From assembly GCF_001194135.2 (NCBI RefSeq), contig NC_068982.1:154072919-154136918 (forward strand): a DNA stretch of 64,000 bases. Reading direction: 5' to 3'. Under the pieces are notes generated by a model. That model ran no database searches. It was not told the DNA's origin and saw only the letters and a program-made list of their open reading frames with translations. Both the position numbers and the translations under genes were made by a program. Every line of letters starts with the position of its first letter. Position 1 is the first letter of the stretch. The DNA is from Octopus bimaculoides (Eukaryota). Positions 13,745 through 26,506 of the stretch are shown here, one piece after another.

Positions 13745-14142
13745 TGTTGTTGTTGTTGTTGTTGTTGTTGTAGATTGATAGAATTGTTAGAGCGCCGGAA
13801 TAAATGCATTGTGGTATTTCCTCAGCTCTTTATGTCCTGAGTTCAATTGCGGGAATTGTGCCAAATTTTGTAATTGTTGTCGTTGTTGTTGCTGTTGTTG
13901 TTGTTGTTGTTGTTATTGTTGTTGTTGTCGTCGTCGTCGTCATCAAAGGCGGCGGCCGCGGCAGCGGCAGCATTTCATCCGTCTTTATGTTCTGAGTTCA
14001 AATTCCATCGAGGTCGATTTGCCTTTCATCCTTTCCAGGCTCTGAACACGAGGGTCGATGTAATCGACTAGTGCCTCCTCCAAAATGTCAGGTCTGGTGT
14101 CTATTGTAATAAGTATTGTTGCTGTTGTTGTTGTTATTGTTG

Positions 14143-14173
<31 letters not shown>

Positions 14174-14195
14174 TGTTGTTGCTGTTGTTGTTACT
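13698..14195. repeat. Compound trinucleotide tracts (TAG/TTG/GTC/GCT) around a partial family-A SINE (about 13960-14115, plus strand)
   Basis: Direct reading; source of the poly-S/C/V/L ORFs. Confidence 0.9.
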
Positions 14196-15729
14196 AGGCA
14201 CAGACATGAGGACAATAATCATCATGTAAATGAGTAATTCTAAACAAAAGACAGGAAAGAAAACCCTAAAATTTTCATTAGTTCCAGTTATTTAAATCCG
14301 CAATGCAATGATGAATAAGTGGCCCTTTGTCGTATGGTGACAGCTATCGCCATATTAATTAAAATCTCTGCTTAGAAATTGTTTGATGTTAGTCCTCAAT
14401 ATATATTCTAGAGGTGTTGTGTATATTTATTGTAGCCATGGGTAGGTAATTTGATTTTAGAGGACAGTTTATGTGGCTAGTACAGTTGCAATTTCTGTTT
14501 ATGTGACTAGTCATTGATTTTTCTCCTTTTCCTGATGTTGGAGAAAACAAGGAAGTAGACAAAGTTTTGAGTTTCTGAATAGAAGAGTTCAAGAGTGTTC
14601 TTTTTAAATATTTTATTATAAATATATTTGTATGAAAGTGCTTGATTACAAATTGCAAAAGGCTTCTGTTATTTGATTTGCAACTGTAGTAACAAAAGAG
14701 GGGTTATGCAAAATGTTTTCCCTTGTTTGCGTTGTTCATATATTTGTTTTATATATTTTATATTTCTCTTGTCAGTTTCAGCTTCTTCCAACGTATTGTT
14801 ATAATAATTTGCACTGCTTAAGATTATTTTTTATTGGTCAAAAGTTTGGAAAGACCGAGTGATGTATTCATAAGAATGTTATTTGTGATAGCCTTGTAGT
14901 GATTTGATAAACACTGGATATAATTTAGTGTTTTATGAGTTTTATGATAGCAGTTATGCATAGTATTCTTCAAATTAAAAACATCGAGAAAATGTGCGGC
15001 TTATAACTTTTAGGCGGTATTAGTTGAATAAAAAACGTAACCTTTTTTTTAATCTGTTGATTTGCTGCGGGTTGAGATTTTTTGTGATTAATAATCCATC
15101 GTCCTAATAAAATCCTCTTTCAATGTGCTGTAATTCTGTTTTTAAATTGGGAAGTAAATATAAGCCTACGTTTTCGCTTAATGTTATTATACAATCGTAA
15201 AACTTATCAACATACGTACAATATATAATCATTCGCACATTGAATAACATTTTAATACGTCTGAAAAACCTTTCTATGTACATCTTAACATAAACGAAAC
15301 TAATGGGTGAACTTCGATATTCAATTAATTAGATGCGTATTGACAGTATCTAGTCATGTAAAATCACTTTTCATTGGTCATTCTGTATTCTTTGCAAAGA
15401 ATACAGAATGCTTGCTGGAAATTTTTTCTATACTATTCTCTCTTTTCTTCGTAAAATAATTACACAATGATATTGATTTCTTTGTATCTATTTTTAATAA
15501 TTTAAGTATTTAATTTAGCGTTAATCTTCTCTGGCCACAGACTGTCTGTTTCGAAAATTCTGTTTACCCATTGTGTGATGTGTTCCAGAAAATAAAATAC
15601 ATAAATATATTTTCAAAGAATACTGAATGAAAGCGAATTTATATTGCGTAGAAAAATCTATCCAAAGAAGTAAAGCCTATCATTTCGCGAGATAATGTTC
15701 ATTAATGTGAGTTCTTGGTAGACAGCTGT

Positions 15730-16700
15730 CAAAAAGGATTCAACATGAGTGACATCGTTTGCATAACGGAGTCTTACAAGCATCTTGTAAGTCCGACTGA
15801 GTCCCTGATTCTTGACTTCTTGGACATTGCTTTAAATTTAGTGTTGAATTCCTGGGGGGGGGGGCGATGGTTTTCTGTATGAAGATGATAAGTTGTAAGG
15901 AAACCTGTTCGAAAACATACTTGTTCTTGAGATTGGTGCAAGTGTAAAGTCTTTGCATGATGTATGCGAACATCTTGTATGTGATGGAAAGCAAACTGAT
16001 TGGTCTGTAATTCTTCATGCTGACACTGTCGCCATTCTTCTACACTATAACCACTACTGCATTTTCCTCACTTAGAACTATGTTTAGGCGGTGATATTCG
16101 AGAGCAGTTGTGTGAGAACCTGGTTCAGAGCATTTCCACCTTCTGGAAGACACTGCCAGTCATTTTGATTTCACTAGGGTCTTACAATGACGTAGAGTCT
16201 TCAGTGACACCTAAGTTTTACGAATAGAATGAGCAATGTTTCGTTTTTTTTTGTTTTTTTTTTCATTTCTCGTGTCGGTATTGTGAACACTTGATGTTAG
16301 ATGGTGAACACCTTGGCCAGTATAATTTTCATTGTGAATTGTAGTCTTGCTTTTTTATTTCCAAATGCTGCTGTTGTCCGGCATTTATCACCCTTATTTT
16401 CCTGAAGACCTCAAGAATTTGTTCCATGTTCTGAGCTGATTCATTGCATACCTGGTGACTTCAACACATTCAAGATTTTTAAGCAGAGTGACATATCATT
16501 TCATTGTTTGTCTCTTTTTTAATAGCCATCTTGTTGCAGCTGTTAGCGCGTCTGGATTTTCGCCCTTGTGTCTTCTGGTTGCCTGACAATATTGCCGAAT
16601 GAGATAATTTCTGTAATACGTAATCGGCTCAAAAGTTCTACTTAAAACTCCGTTTGCTGATGGCGCAGCTTGTGTTGTTTGGGTCGTTCGACTGTTTTCA
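15730..16700 (-). mobile_element. Degenerate RTE-like LINE fragment
   Basis: KNYRPISLLSITYKMF RT motif plus upstream decayed linker; multiple stops. Confidence 0.75.
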
Positions 16701-16829
16701 CTATTTTAAACATGGTGTTGTGTGTATGTGTGTAGAATAAATGATAAACTAGCCCAAGCACTGGACTAAGACGGAGTCACTGCCTATCTAGCTAGCTAAA
16801 TTGCAAAATCTACGTAGATATATATTTTT

Positions 16830-16880
16830 GGGGTTGTACTCTTCCGAAGATGAGCTTAACGCCCGAAATATATAAAGGTT
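16830..16880 (+). ncRNA. Degenerate minimal hammerhead-like motif (Penelope pLTR type)
   Basis: tctt-CCGAAGA-t-gagc-ttaac-gccc-GAAA-tatata-aagg: stem I (tctt/aagg), stem II, palindromic stem III; core U4 is C and stem II has a mismatch. Confidence 0.4.
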
Positions 16881-17286
16881 TTTCAACTTTCATCTCTGCA
16901 TTGTTAGAATCTTTCCTCATTTCATGTATTATTCTATTTCTATATCACAATGCTTCAACGAACTACGACGCTCTTCATATGTGTGTGTGCGCGTGTGTGT
17001 CTGTAGATACACATATACATACGCACGTACATGTGTGTGTGTGTTTGTGCCCGTGTTTACTTTTGTTTACAATGTTCAAAATATCAGTAGCATTGATGTT
17101 GTATCGCTTTATATATTATGACTTAGCCGTTCGTCAAGCACGGATTAATAAAATAATATTGGACAGAAAGATATATTGGTATCGATGCAACCGACTAAAC
17201 CGTTGAAAGTAGTGCCCTTGTAAAACTGAATTCCAATGATTTGAAACCAAGAAAACATTATATGTGTGAATACGCACATACTTGTG

Positions 17287-17408
<122 letters not shown>

Positions 17409-17866
17409 TTAACGTTATCTTGTTTATTTCCATTTTCCTATGCACACAGAATATATTCATGTATACTTTATGTGGTCATAAATCTAAATATAGTTGTACG
17501 TATATATATTTTCTTTATGGTGATGAATTTTTTCAGATCCACAGAATACATCATTCTGTCACTTACAGCAAACGAAGCAGCAATAATTGTAGGAAGATTT
17601 AGTAATAAAGTTGAAATGTCAGAAAGAAAATGTAGAGTCAGTGGAAGTTGCTGGTAAGTACTGGTGAGTTAAAGAAGGCGAAGTGGGGTGAATCGGTGGT
17701 ATAAGGGGAAGAATGAATTGGAGGGAAGTAATGAAGATGAAGAGTGGACGAGAGGAGATGCTACAGTTGGGAGGTGAAATGATGAGTAAAATTATTATCA
17801 CCCATCGAAGATTTGGAAAAAAAAACTATACATAGGAAGGAAAGCAGTAAAAAAAAGCAACAGTGA

Positions 17867-17902
<36 letters not shown>

Positions 17903-18405
17903 AGGAAAGAAAAGAAACGAAACGAAACGAAACAAACAGAAACGAAGCGTAAGTAAAAGCGAAACGTCTAAAAGTGTAATTGTTATTTGAAGTGTTATTT
18001 GAAATATATTGTTGTTAGTTTTACATATCAATATGTATGTAAGTTCTCCAGTTATGCTACCTGTGACTCGGATTCCTTTCTCTGCTGAGGTTGGTTCTCA
18101 TCATAAGTTCTGCTTATACATTAGGGGATAAAATTGATTGGCATTGCAATGGAGTTTGTTCTGCAAATTAGGGTTTTTTTTATAAAAGAAAATAAAAAGC
18201 CAAGGGACAAAAATGAAATTTATTGCACTTCGAGAGAAACTACTTATAAATGAAGAAATATTAATTAGAGTACAGACCTAGTAAGTTATGTAGTAAAAAA
18301 GTTTTCTTCAGAGTCAGATTATTCCAGGTTTGATCCTACTGTATGACAGCTTGGGAAAGTGTCGTCTCTCGTAGTCTTGATTCGATCCAAGTATCTAAGC
18401 ATAAT

Positions 18406-18541
18406 TTGGCAGATCGAAACTGTATGTTAGCCGCTGATTCACTGTGTCTATTTATGGTGGTAGTTTTACACCTTGGCAGATCGAAACTGTGTGTAAGCCG
18501 CTCTGATTCACTGAGCCTGTTTATGGTGGTAGTTTTACACC
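18406..18541. repeat. Tandem duplication of a 67-69-bp unit
   Basis: ttggcagatcgaaactg...tttatggtggtagttttacacc occurs twice (18406-18472, 18473-18541) with a few differences. Confidence 0.9.
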
Positions 18542-19532
18542 CACTGTCCCTTGAGCAACTTTGGTGTATTCCATTCTGTTGCAAGCGTCTAAAACCCCTT
18601 TATTCTTAATCTAAGCCAACTGATTACAGAAATCATCAATGGTCTAGACAGTTATACATCTCTTGGTTTTGTTGTTTTGGTTTTGTTTTTACATTTTTTT
18701 TATTAATTTAGTTAAAGGAGAGGATATCAGATTCCAAAATGATATGTGTAGACTTTTCCGGACCTTTAGGTAACAAGAATAACGAGGAATTAGCTGCTAC
18801 ACACCAGTCACCACAATCAATCCGAAGCAGAAACTGAATACAGAGACAAGATGGTAGAAGACAAGACAAGTCAAGGGGAAATATGCTGTGGTCTCTGATT
18901 GGAGACCATAAGTAAAATATGACAACACAACTAAAGGACAAATTGAACAAAGACAGTTAGTGGGGAGAGAGTTTGTGGCTAAATGGCAGCGAGATGGATA
19001 TTTACTGGGTTCCTTCTTACAGGACATCTTCGAGCAAAACAGCTGACAAACTCAGGCATGAAGCCGAGGTCAGAAATAGTCGCGTAATAATGCCTTGGTA
19101 TGACTCTTCCCGTGACACTAAAATGGTAACATACAACCACTTCTGTAAGGGTAATGACAAACTACTACTGATGTCGCTACTGCTGTTTCTGCTGTCCTTA
19201 CTGCTGTTTCTGCTGTCCTTACTGCTGTTGTCGCTGTTACTGCTGTCTCTACTTTTATAGCTGCCGTTGTTCGTTGCTGCTGTTGCCTGCATTATCTTTA
19301 GTACCTTTGCCATTGTTGCTGTTGTAGCTATTGCTAATGTTGTTGCTTTTGCTGTTACTCTCCTTTGTCAGTATGTCAGTGGAGCAACTTTTTTTTTAAT
19401 TTTGAACTTCCAGCGCTCAAACCTACTTTCCCCTTTTACATGGAGAACAATCTCTTCACAAACATTGCACCTGCTGCTGATTTTGTTTTTGTTAAATCTG
19501 TTGCTGTTATTTCTTCTTCTTCTTCTTCTTGT

Positions 19533-19563
<31 letters not shown>

Positions 19564-19641
19564 GCGGTGGTGATGGTGGTTTTGGTGGTGGTGTTGTTTG
19601 CCATAATAGCAGCGGCGTAATTATTCGGACTTTGAACTTAC

Positions 19642-19757
19642 AATGCTTGAAAAACATTCTCCTCTTCCGAGCGGAGGTTGAAGGGGAGGGATTCTGAAAT
19701 TGGCTACACCTGTCTTTGAAAGTCATTTCTATCTCTTCCTTCAGTTTGATGCCATAT
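19642..19757 (-). CDS. Candidate 116-nt exon of an unidentified gene
   Basis: Strong acceptor CCTTTTTTTTTTTTTTACAG and donor T|GTAAGT; only phase 2 is open: YGIKLKEEIEMTFKDRCSQFQNPSPSTSARKRRMFFKH. Family not recognised. Confidence 0.5.
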
Positions 19758-20169
19758 CTGTAAAAAAAAAAAAAGGATGAAGTGTTTTTCAAAACAAAAT
19801 TTGAAAATCTTTCCAACAAATTTCAGTCCTAGATGGGCCAGGACACAAAGGGACCAGCCAGCCCTATACGTTCTACTTGGCTTAAACAAATGTTACATAA
19901 CAAAATTTTAGCAACTAACAACTTTTGAACGTGTAAACAGACGAACAAACTTACGATGAATAATTACAAAAAATAATATAATGGAAAAAGATGCTAACAT
20001 CAAGCGCAAACGATATAACCAATACAATTTAAAAAGTAACAACAGCATTTCCAACAAACAAGGCAATTGCCAAGTCTGAGTCATTTACAGATACAATCGT
20101 GTCAGCAGAATTGTCCAGATATAATTACCAAAAGAGTCGGGTGAGAGCCTCTACATTGTAATAAACAAC

Positions 20170-20330
20170 TCAGACCTTTCTGTTCAAAGCATGGCTAAAA
20201 GAGATTGAGATGTAGTCAAAATATAAGGATCTTGAATCTGAAATAAGTAAAACATGAAGAATGAAACAGTGAAAATAATACTTGGAGTACTAAATATGAT
20301 TTTCAAAGAAAAGAAACATAAATAAATACG
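20170..20330 (+). mobile_element. Small R4-like LINE 3' fragment
   Basis: KAWLKEIEM*SKYKDLESEISK...VKIILGVLNMI resembles the REL end KLSKYKDLEIE...IIGALGMI. Confidence 0.55.
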
Positions 20331-20734
20331 TAAAAGCCATATCAGGGACTCCCTCTCTCACTCTCATTCTTTCTCTTTCTCACTCACTCATGTACCCTAC
20401 CCACAGGTCACACGACTCACATTATACACAGTAGTTATCCCACAATATAAATACTCTGCACGATCAACGCCTCACACTAAGTCACACAACACCAATCACA
20501 CCACAACCACTAATATAAAACACCACCAAACAAAATAACACAACTCATATCATGCATAATCTGTACAATAGATAAAATACTAAAATAACAACAATTATAA
20601 CAAATCTCAAAGTCATGGAAAACTGATTTAGTATTCAAATGCAAATCTACACCTTTATAAGGCAATGCTGTGCTCATATCAAGAACACTGAGGTACAGCT
20701 GATGGTGCAGTAGAAGCGTGATAAGTTGTTTCAA

Positions 20735-21130
20735 ATTTGAGCAACATTACTTGACTGGTAACTTTGTTATCGACCTCGAAATGAGGAAAGGCAAAACTGA
20801 TCTTGATGGTATTTGAACTCAGAACGTAAAGAACCGGAACAAGTGCCGCAGCAGATCTTGTTCCACGTCCTGTATGTTCCGCTAGCCCACGTCCGTTGCA
20901 AGCATGATAAACAATAACAATTCTCTCAAATTTTAAGGCGCAAAGCCAGCAATATTATGGGATAGGTTAGTTGGTTGCATCGACTACAGTACTTGACTAG
21001 TACTTTATTTTATCGAGCCCGGAGGGATGAAAAGCAAGGTCGGTTTTCATGGAATTTGAACTCAGAACGAAAAGAGCCGGAAGCATTTTGTCCAACGCAC
21101 TAACGATTCTGCTAGCTCCCTGCCTTTGAT
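20735..21130 (-). mobile_element. Two decayed family-A SINE copies
   Basis: Core and head motifs at about 20735-20900 and 20920-21130, followed by (ATA)n. Confidence 0.8.
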
Positions 21131-21144
21131 TTTAAAAAATGATG

Positions 21145-21217
<73 letters not shown>

Positions 21218-21819
21218 ATAACAAGGTGTATAATCTCTAACGAATACAAAGAGAAACCTATATAGAAAAAGTTACTTTGTACAATAAATTAAAGAGGCAA
21301 AAATTAATTTACATTTTCAAAAATCGCTAGTAATTATTTTAGCATGAGCTGCTTCAATTGCAATTGCTAATTAATTACTGTGGTAAGACATCTAATAATT
21401 ATGAAAAATTCATGGAATCTATGGGATGATTAATTAATTTTTAATTTTTTTTGCGCATTTTATTTGTATATTTTTCCTTATGGTTAAATAAATGTCTTTG
21501 AAGTAATGGCGGATAACATATTTGGTTGATAAGTAATTTTTTGTCGATTTCAAAATAATCATTCGTGTGGAAACCAGAAAAGTATTAGATCCTTTGTTAG
21601 TTTTGAACCCTCTTGTGATCGATGTTCTTTTCTATGTGACTTGACTAAATCAACAAACGTGTGTCATAGATATCTTCCTCTATATTATATTCCACCACAA
21701 TACGCCACTCCAAAGTCTGCATATCGCTACCCACGATATGAAATCATTTTGTTTCTTATAAAAAGTATAGATCTTTGGGAAACTGCTTCAAACAGAAATT
21801 TCGTCAACTGCACTAAATA

Positions 21820-21990
21820 TTGGCTTCAAATTTTGGCACTAGGCCAGCAATTCCTTGTGCTCAACTGGTACTTATTTTATCGACCCGGAAAGGACGAAAG
21901 GCAAAGTCGAATTTGAACTCAGAACGTACAGACGGACGAAATGCCGCCAAGCATTGTTCTCAGCGTGCTAACGATTCGGCCAGCTCGAAC
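21820..21990 (-). mobile_element. Family-A SINE copy
   Basis: gcacta.ggccagcaatt...gaaaggcaaagtcga...gtgctaacgattcggccagctcg. Confidence 0.85.
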
Positions 21991-22995
21991 TATACTAGAT
22001 ACTAGGAAGTTCTTTGACAGGATTCAGACTAAGAATTTCTTTGATATCCATCCCCCATCCCATATGAATAGTCTTCCTTGTTACTGATGAATGCCGTAAT
22101 GACCTTCTTTACAGGCCATTCCTTTTTGTTCTATGATGCTGGTCCTACTGCGTTCCCAAAATCATTCATATCCAACGAAGATCTGTCATTTTACTCATTC
22201 TTTTCTATAAATGACTCTGTCATATGCAATTTCATCTCCTTTTGTCTATTTACCACCTCATCTTACTCTGAAATACTTCTCAATACAAGACTGACCCTCA
22301 GAGTGAACCAAGTACTAGTTTAACTCTTTGCACGTTCTGTGTATCATATGTAATATACACGACTTATTTCCTTGGCGTTCATGCTTCACATACGATACAC
22401 ATTCCCAATTTTTGTCAACTACAGAATAACTTCCTTATGAAAGGAAAGTTTTATATTTCTCAGAATGTATGAAACTAGAGCTAACTAAAAGTCTTGAAAC
22501 AAACATAGACGTTTAGGAGAACGCTGTGAAAATGCTTGGGACAGGAACAGGGTTGACAAATCCAAAATAAAATATTTTATTTTCACACTGAAAAATTATC
22601 CCATACTATATATACTAGAAACAACAATTTCTACATGAAATTAATAATAAATAAAGGTAACTTGAGGTTTTCTTTAGAAACCGTGTCCTACCGTTATGGG
22701 TTCAAGCAGTCCTGATTTTGTTTTTAGATCCAGAAAGATTCGATTTGCAACTCAAAACTTTTTGTTGATATTATCTAAGAACCGATTCACATTAATGCTA
22801 ACTATCATGCTGTTTGTCTGACGAATTTGTCAACTTCAATCTCTGAACCGAATTCTAAAAAGAGTAGTTCATAGTTCATAGTTCATACCGTACTTTTCTG
22901 ATTGAGCTAACACTTTATCCACGTTCATCTTGTCGAGCCACCATTTCCTACAATTTGTCTCTTTCGGTGAGCCTTTATCTCTCTCTCTCTCTCTT

Positions 22996-23049
<54 letters not shown>

Positions 23050-25043
23050 TTCTCTCTTTCTCTTTCCCACTCCCCCTCTCTCACTTCGCCTACCTTTGTT
23101 TTCTTTTTTATTATCATTTCATCTTTTCAACAACAATCATATTAACCTCAATTTGTTTCCTCAAAACCGCAAATTCCATTACTTTTTAAGTGAACCACAT
23201 AACGGAATCAGGGGAATACATATTTGTGTTGCTCATATACATACCACAAGCCACTCTGAGGCATTTCTCTTAGGTCATTTTTGTTTTACACATACACACG
23301 CGCGCGCACATACACACACACACACACACATACATACACACATATATATACACATATATACACACACATATGTATGTATATTCCTCACTTCCTTTAACAT
23401 ATTTTCGTGCATTCCATATTTTAACTTCATTTTCCTTTTTGTTTCTTTTAATGCCTTCAGAAATTATTTTGTTCAAATTCTGTTGTTTAGTAAGTTTCAC
23501 TATTAATTATTTTGTTTTTCTTGCTGTTTTTTGTGGTAAGCTGAGTTTTATAAATGTGCGTTACTGTTAATTATAGCTCATAGTGATATTATTTCTCTTC
23601 TGCTCTTGGTAACACTTCTTTGTCATGATTCTCTTACTTGTTTACTACTTTGAGAAGTTTTTTTTTATTTGGCATACATCGTAAAAATCACGTGTTAATT
23701 CTTCTTGGCAGATTTTTACTTTTATTTATTTATTTCATTTTGGTCTACTACAAATATTGTACTCTTTTTATTTGTTCTGCAACTTCCTTTTTTACGATGT
23801 GGAACCATTACTAAGAGCTTTGATAAAACAGTAACATTTATTTTTTTTAATGTTATTTACATCCATTTTCTTTTTTTTTTTTGCTAATATTTTCAAATGA
23901 TTTCATGTTGCGAGATTAAAAACATCACCAAGTCACATCTCGGCTCCTCTAGTTCTCACAAGAAATTGGGAAAAAATACAATAAAAAAAACATAAAACTA
24001 CAGAATATGAGATAAACGATAGAATCGTTTGCGATGTTGTCAGACTAAATCAATTTGTACAGGGGAAATAAATGACATTTTGGGGGCATAATGTATGATG
24101 TTTTAATTGAGAGAAGTGGCAGACCGGAACTAATTAAATCTAAATTAGTGATAAGAGTGTTACATTCCCTTCTGGCCTCTAGAATCCTATTGAAATCCTA
24201 GTTACCAAAGAATTGTGATCATTAATCTTCGATAACATTATATTTTGTTTTTAGATTGCCATTAACGGATCTTTGTGTTTATGGAATTTGGCAGATAAGC
24301 ATTAAATCACAATTAAATTGACACATTTTGCAAATGAATCAATATTCTACGTGAATGGTCTTCTGGTTTTTCTTCTTTTTGTTTTTTAAGATTTTACTCT
24401 TAATCCACTATGACTCAATGTATGGATATTTGCATACATAACTTTACTACAAGAAATTTTCCTTCGTGAAAATAAACAAACAGATGAATAATTAAATAAG
24501 TGAATCAATAAGTAAATAAATTAAATGACACGGATTCTATCATATCGCTTCGTATTTGTTTTACAGGAAATCGATCACCTTTAATTAAAATGTTCGCTTA
24601 TTTTTACGCATATGTTTGATTTTTCCGACTACAGTGACCTCTTTCAAAATAAGTTGAAAGACAAGCTTTCATAAACCGACTTCAAAGTAAATAGAAAACC
24701 TAGTTTCGCTCACACCTTCTACCAATGAAAGCGCCATTATATTCAATACTTAAATGTTATTTAGAATACCGATAAAATTTATGACTCTTCAAGTATCAAG
24801 TTAAAATCCTTTATAAATTCCGTATCTAATTATTTTACCTGCTTCTACTTAAAAATTGAATTTTGCTTCTTCTCTAGAACTAGAAGCTATTTTAAGCTAG
24901 AAGTGATTTTTAAATTTTGAATTACTTTTATTTTTAGAATTTACCAAAACTTGTAGAAAATGGAGAGTATGGGAAATATTATCGAGCAGAAATTTTATAT
25001 CCAGACGATATTCACTCATATCATACTACTTTTATTTACTTAC

Positions 25044-25088
25044 ACTTTTGGAACCAGGAATGTATTCCAAAATCTTTCTTCCAAATTG
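25044..25088 (-). CDS. Candidate 45-nt exon of an unidentified gene
   Basis: TTTTAATCTCTTGTAACCAG acceptor, GT|GTAAGT donor; open in all three phases (phase 0: QFGRKILEYIPGSKS). Confidence 0.3.
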
Positions 25089-25180
25089 CTGGTTACAAGA
25101 GATTAAAATTTTGAATCGTAATCGTGAAGTGTGTCTCCAACAAACTTGATTAAATTACACACGTTTGAGCATGCACTATA

Positions 25181-25245
<65 letters not shown>

Positions 25246-25721
25246 NNNNNNNNNNNNNNNNNNNNNNNNNNNNNNNNNNNNNNNNNNNNNNNNNNNNNNN
25301 NNNNNNNNNNNNNNNNNNNNNNNNNNNNNNNNNNNNNNNNNNNNNNNNNNNNNNNNNNNNNNNNNNNNNNNNNNNNNNNNNNNNNNNNNNNNNNNNNNNN
25401 NNNNNNNNNNNNNNNNNNNNNNNNNNNNNNNNNNNNNNNNNNNNNNNNNNNNNNNNNNNNNNNNNNNNNNNNNNNNNNNNNNNNNNNNNNNNNNNNNNNN
25501 NNNNNNNNNNNNNNNNNNNNNNNNNNNNNNNNNNNNNNNNNNNNNNNNNNNNNNNNNNNNNNNNNNNNNNNNNNNNNNNNNNNNNNNNNNNNNNNNNNNN
25601 NNNNNNNNNNNNNNNNNNNNNNNNNNNNNNNNNNNNNNNNNNNNNNNNNNNNNNNNNNNNNNNNNNNNNNNNNNNNNNNNNNNNNNNNNNNNNNNNNNNN
25701 NNNNNNNNNNNNNNNNNNNNN

Positions 25722-26506
25722 CCCGGGAACGCACGGACGGACAGGATGATAACGACGTCGTTGGGACAGACACGAGCTGCAGACGCTGTTCCAGTGGCGG
25801 TCACAACGACAGCAACAACAGCTGGGTGACGGCAAGAAGTTCGAGCGTGTGAACGAGCGAACGAACAAACCTGCTGCTACTGCTGCCCTACAACGCGTCC
25901 AGGAGCGAGTTGATGCCGGTACGCGAAGCGGAGGGCGACGACGGCAGCGAAGGTGAGAGCCCTCAGATGTTGATGAACGAGGTGAGAGTGGCGGCATATC
26001 GAGAACTCACTGACCGTGTTGAGCCTAGCGGCACGTACCCGCGTCGACGAACACGATACGGAAGAACACAACGTCCATTGAATCCTCGTCCGATCTGCTA
26101 GACCCCAGTATCATGTCAGATCATGTGTGAGGTCTCTCATGAGAGCTGCAGGTAACATGGAATCCTGTACAACCTGCTGTCTCGTCGATTCGTCGGTGGC
26201 TTAACCGGCACCCTCACTTGACTAGCCTGGTGGGGAGTGTTACTAGAACCTCAGCAGGACTAAAAGCAAGACCTGTCAAAAGGTCGGATGTACCCAGGGT
26301 AGGTTCAACGACTACGAAGCAACGGCACAGATACTCAGAAATTCCGGGTTGGAGTCCGGCATGCTGAAAGACAGCTGGGAGTACGGTACCCCTCTGCTTA
26401 TGTCAAAACATGTCTCTTGGAGAGGATCATTCTGATATAAAACCAGATAGGCAGGGAATGGCATTGGAGATTTTGAGCGTCTTTGCTAGCGCTTGAGGTC
26501 ATAACA
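25722..26506 (+). mobile_element. 3' end of an LTR retrotransposon: decayed pol tail, PPT and about 269-bp 3' LTR
   Basis: GC-rich coding-like tail ending RRRTRYGRTQRP...*; purine tract GGTGGGGAG directly followed by TGTTA (26238); matching TAACA ends at 26506; TATAAAA inside. The 5' part runs into the 25246-25721 gap. Confidence 0.55.

Noticed and set aside
17537-17653. Plus-strand exon-like segment (TTTTTCAG ... CTG|GTAAGT, 117 nt, open in phase 2)
   Set aside because: No partner exons or recognisable protein; it shows that pseudo-exons arise by chance here, which also tempers the minus-strand chain.
18960-19080. RNase H-like scrap DIYWVPSYRTSSSKTADKL
   Set aside because: Resemblance to WVPGH..GNE.AD is too weak and short to call without a search.
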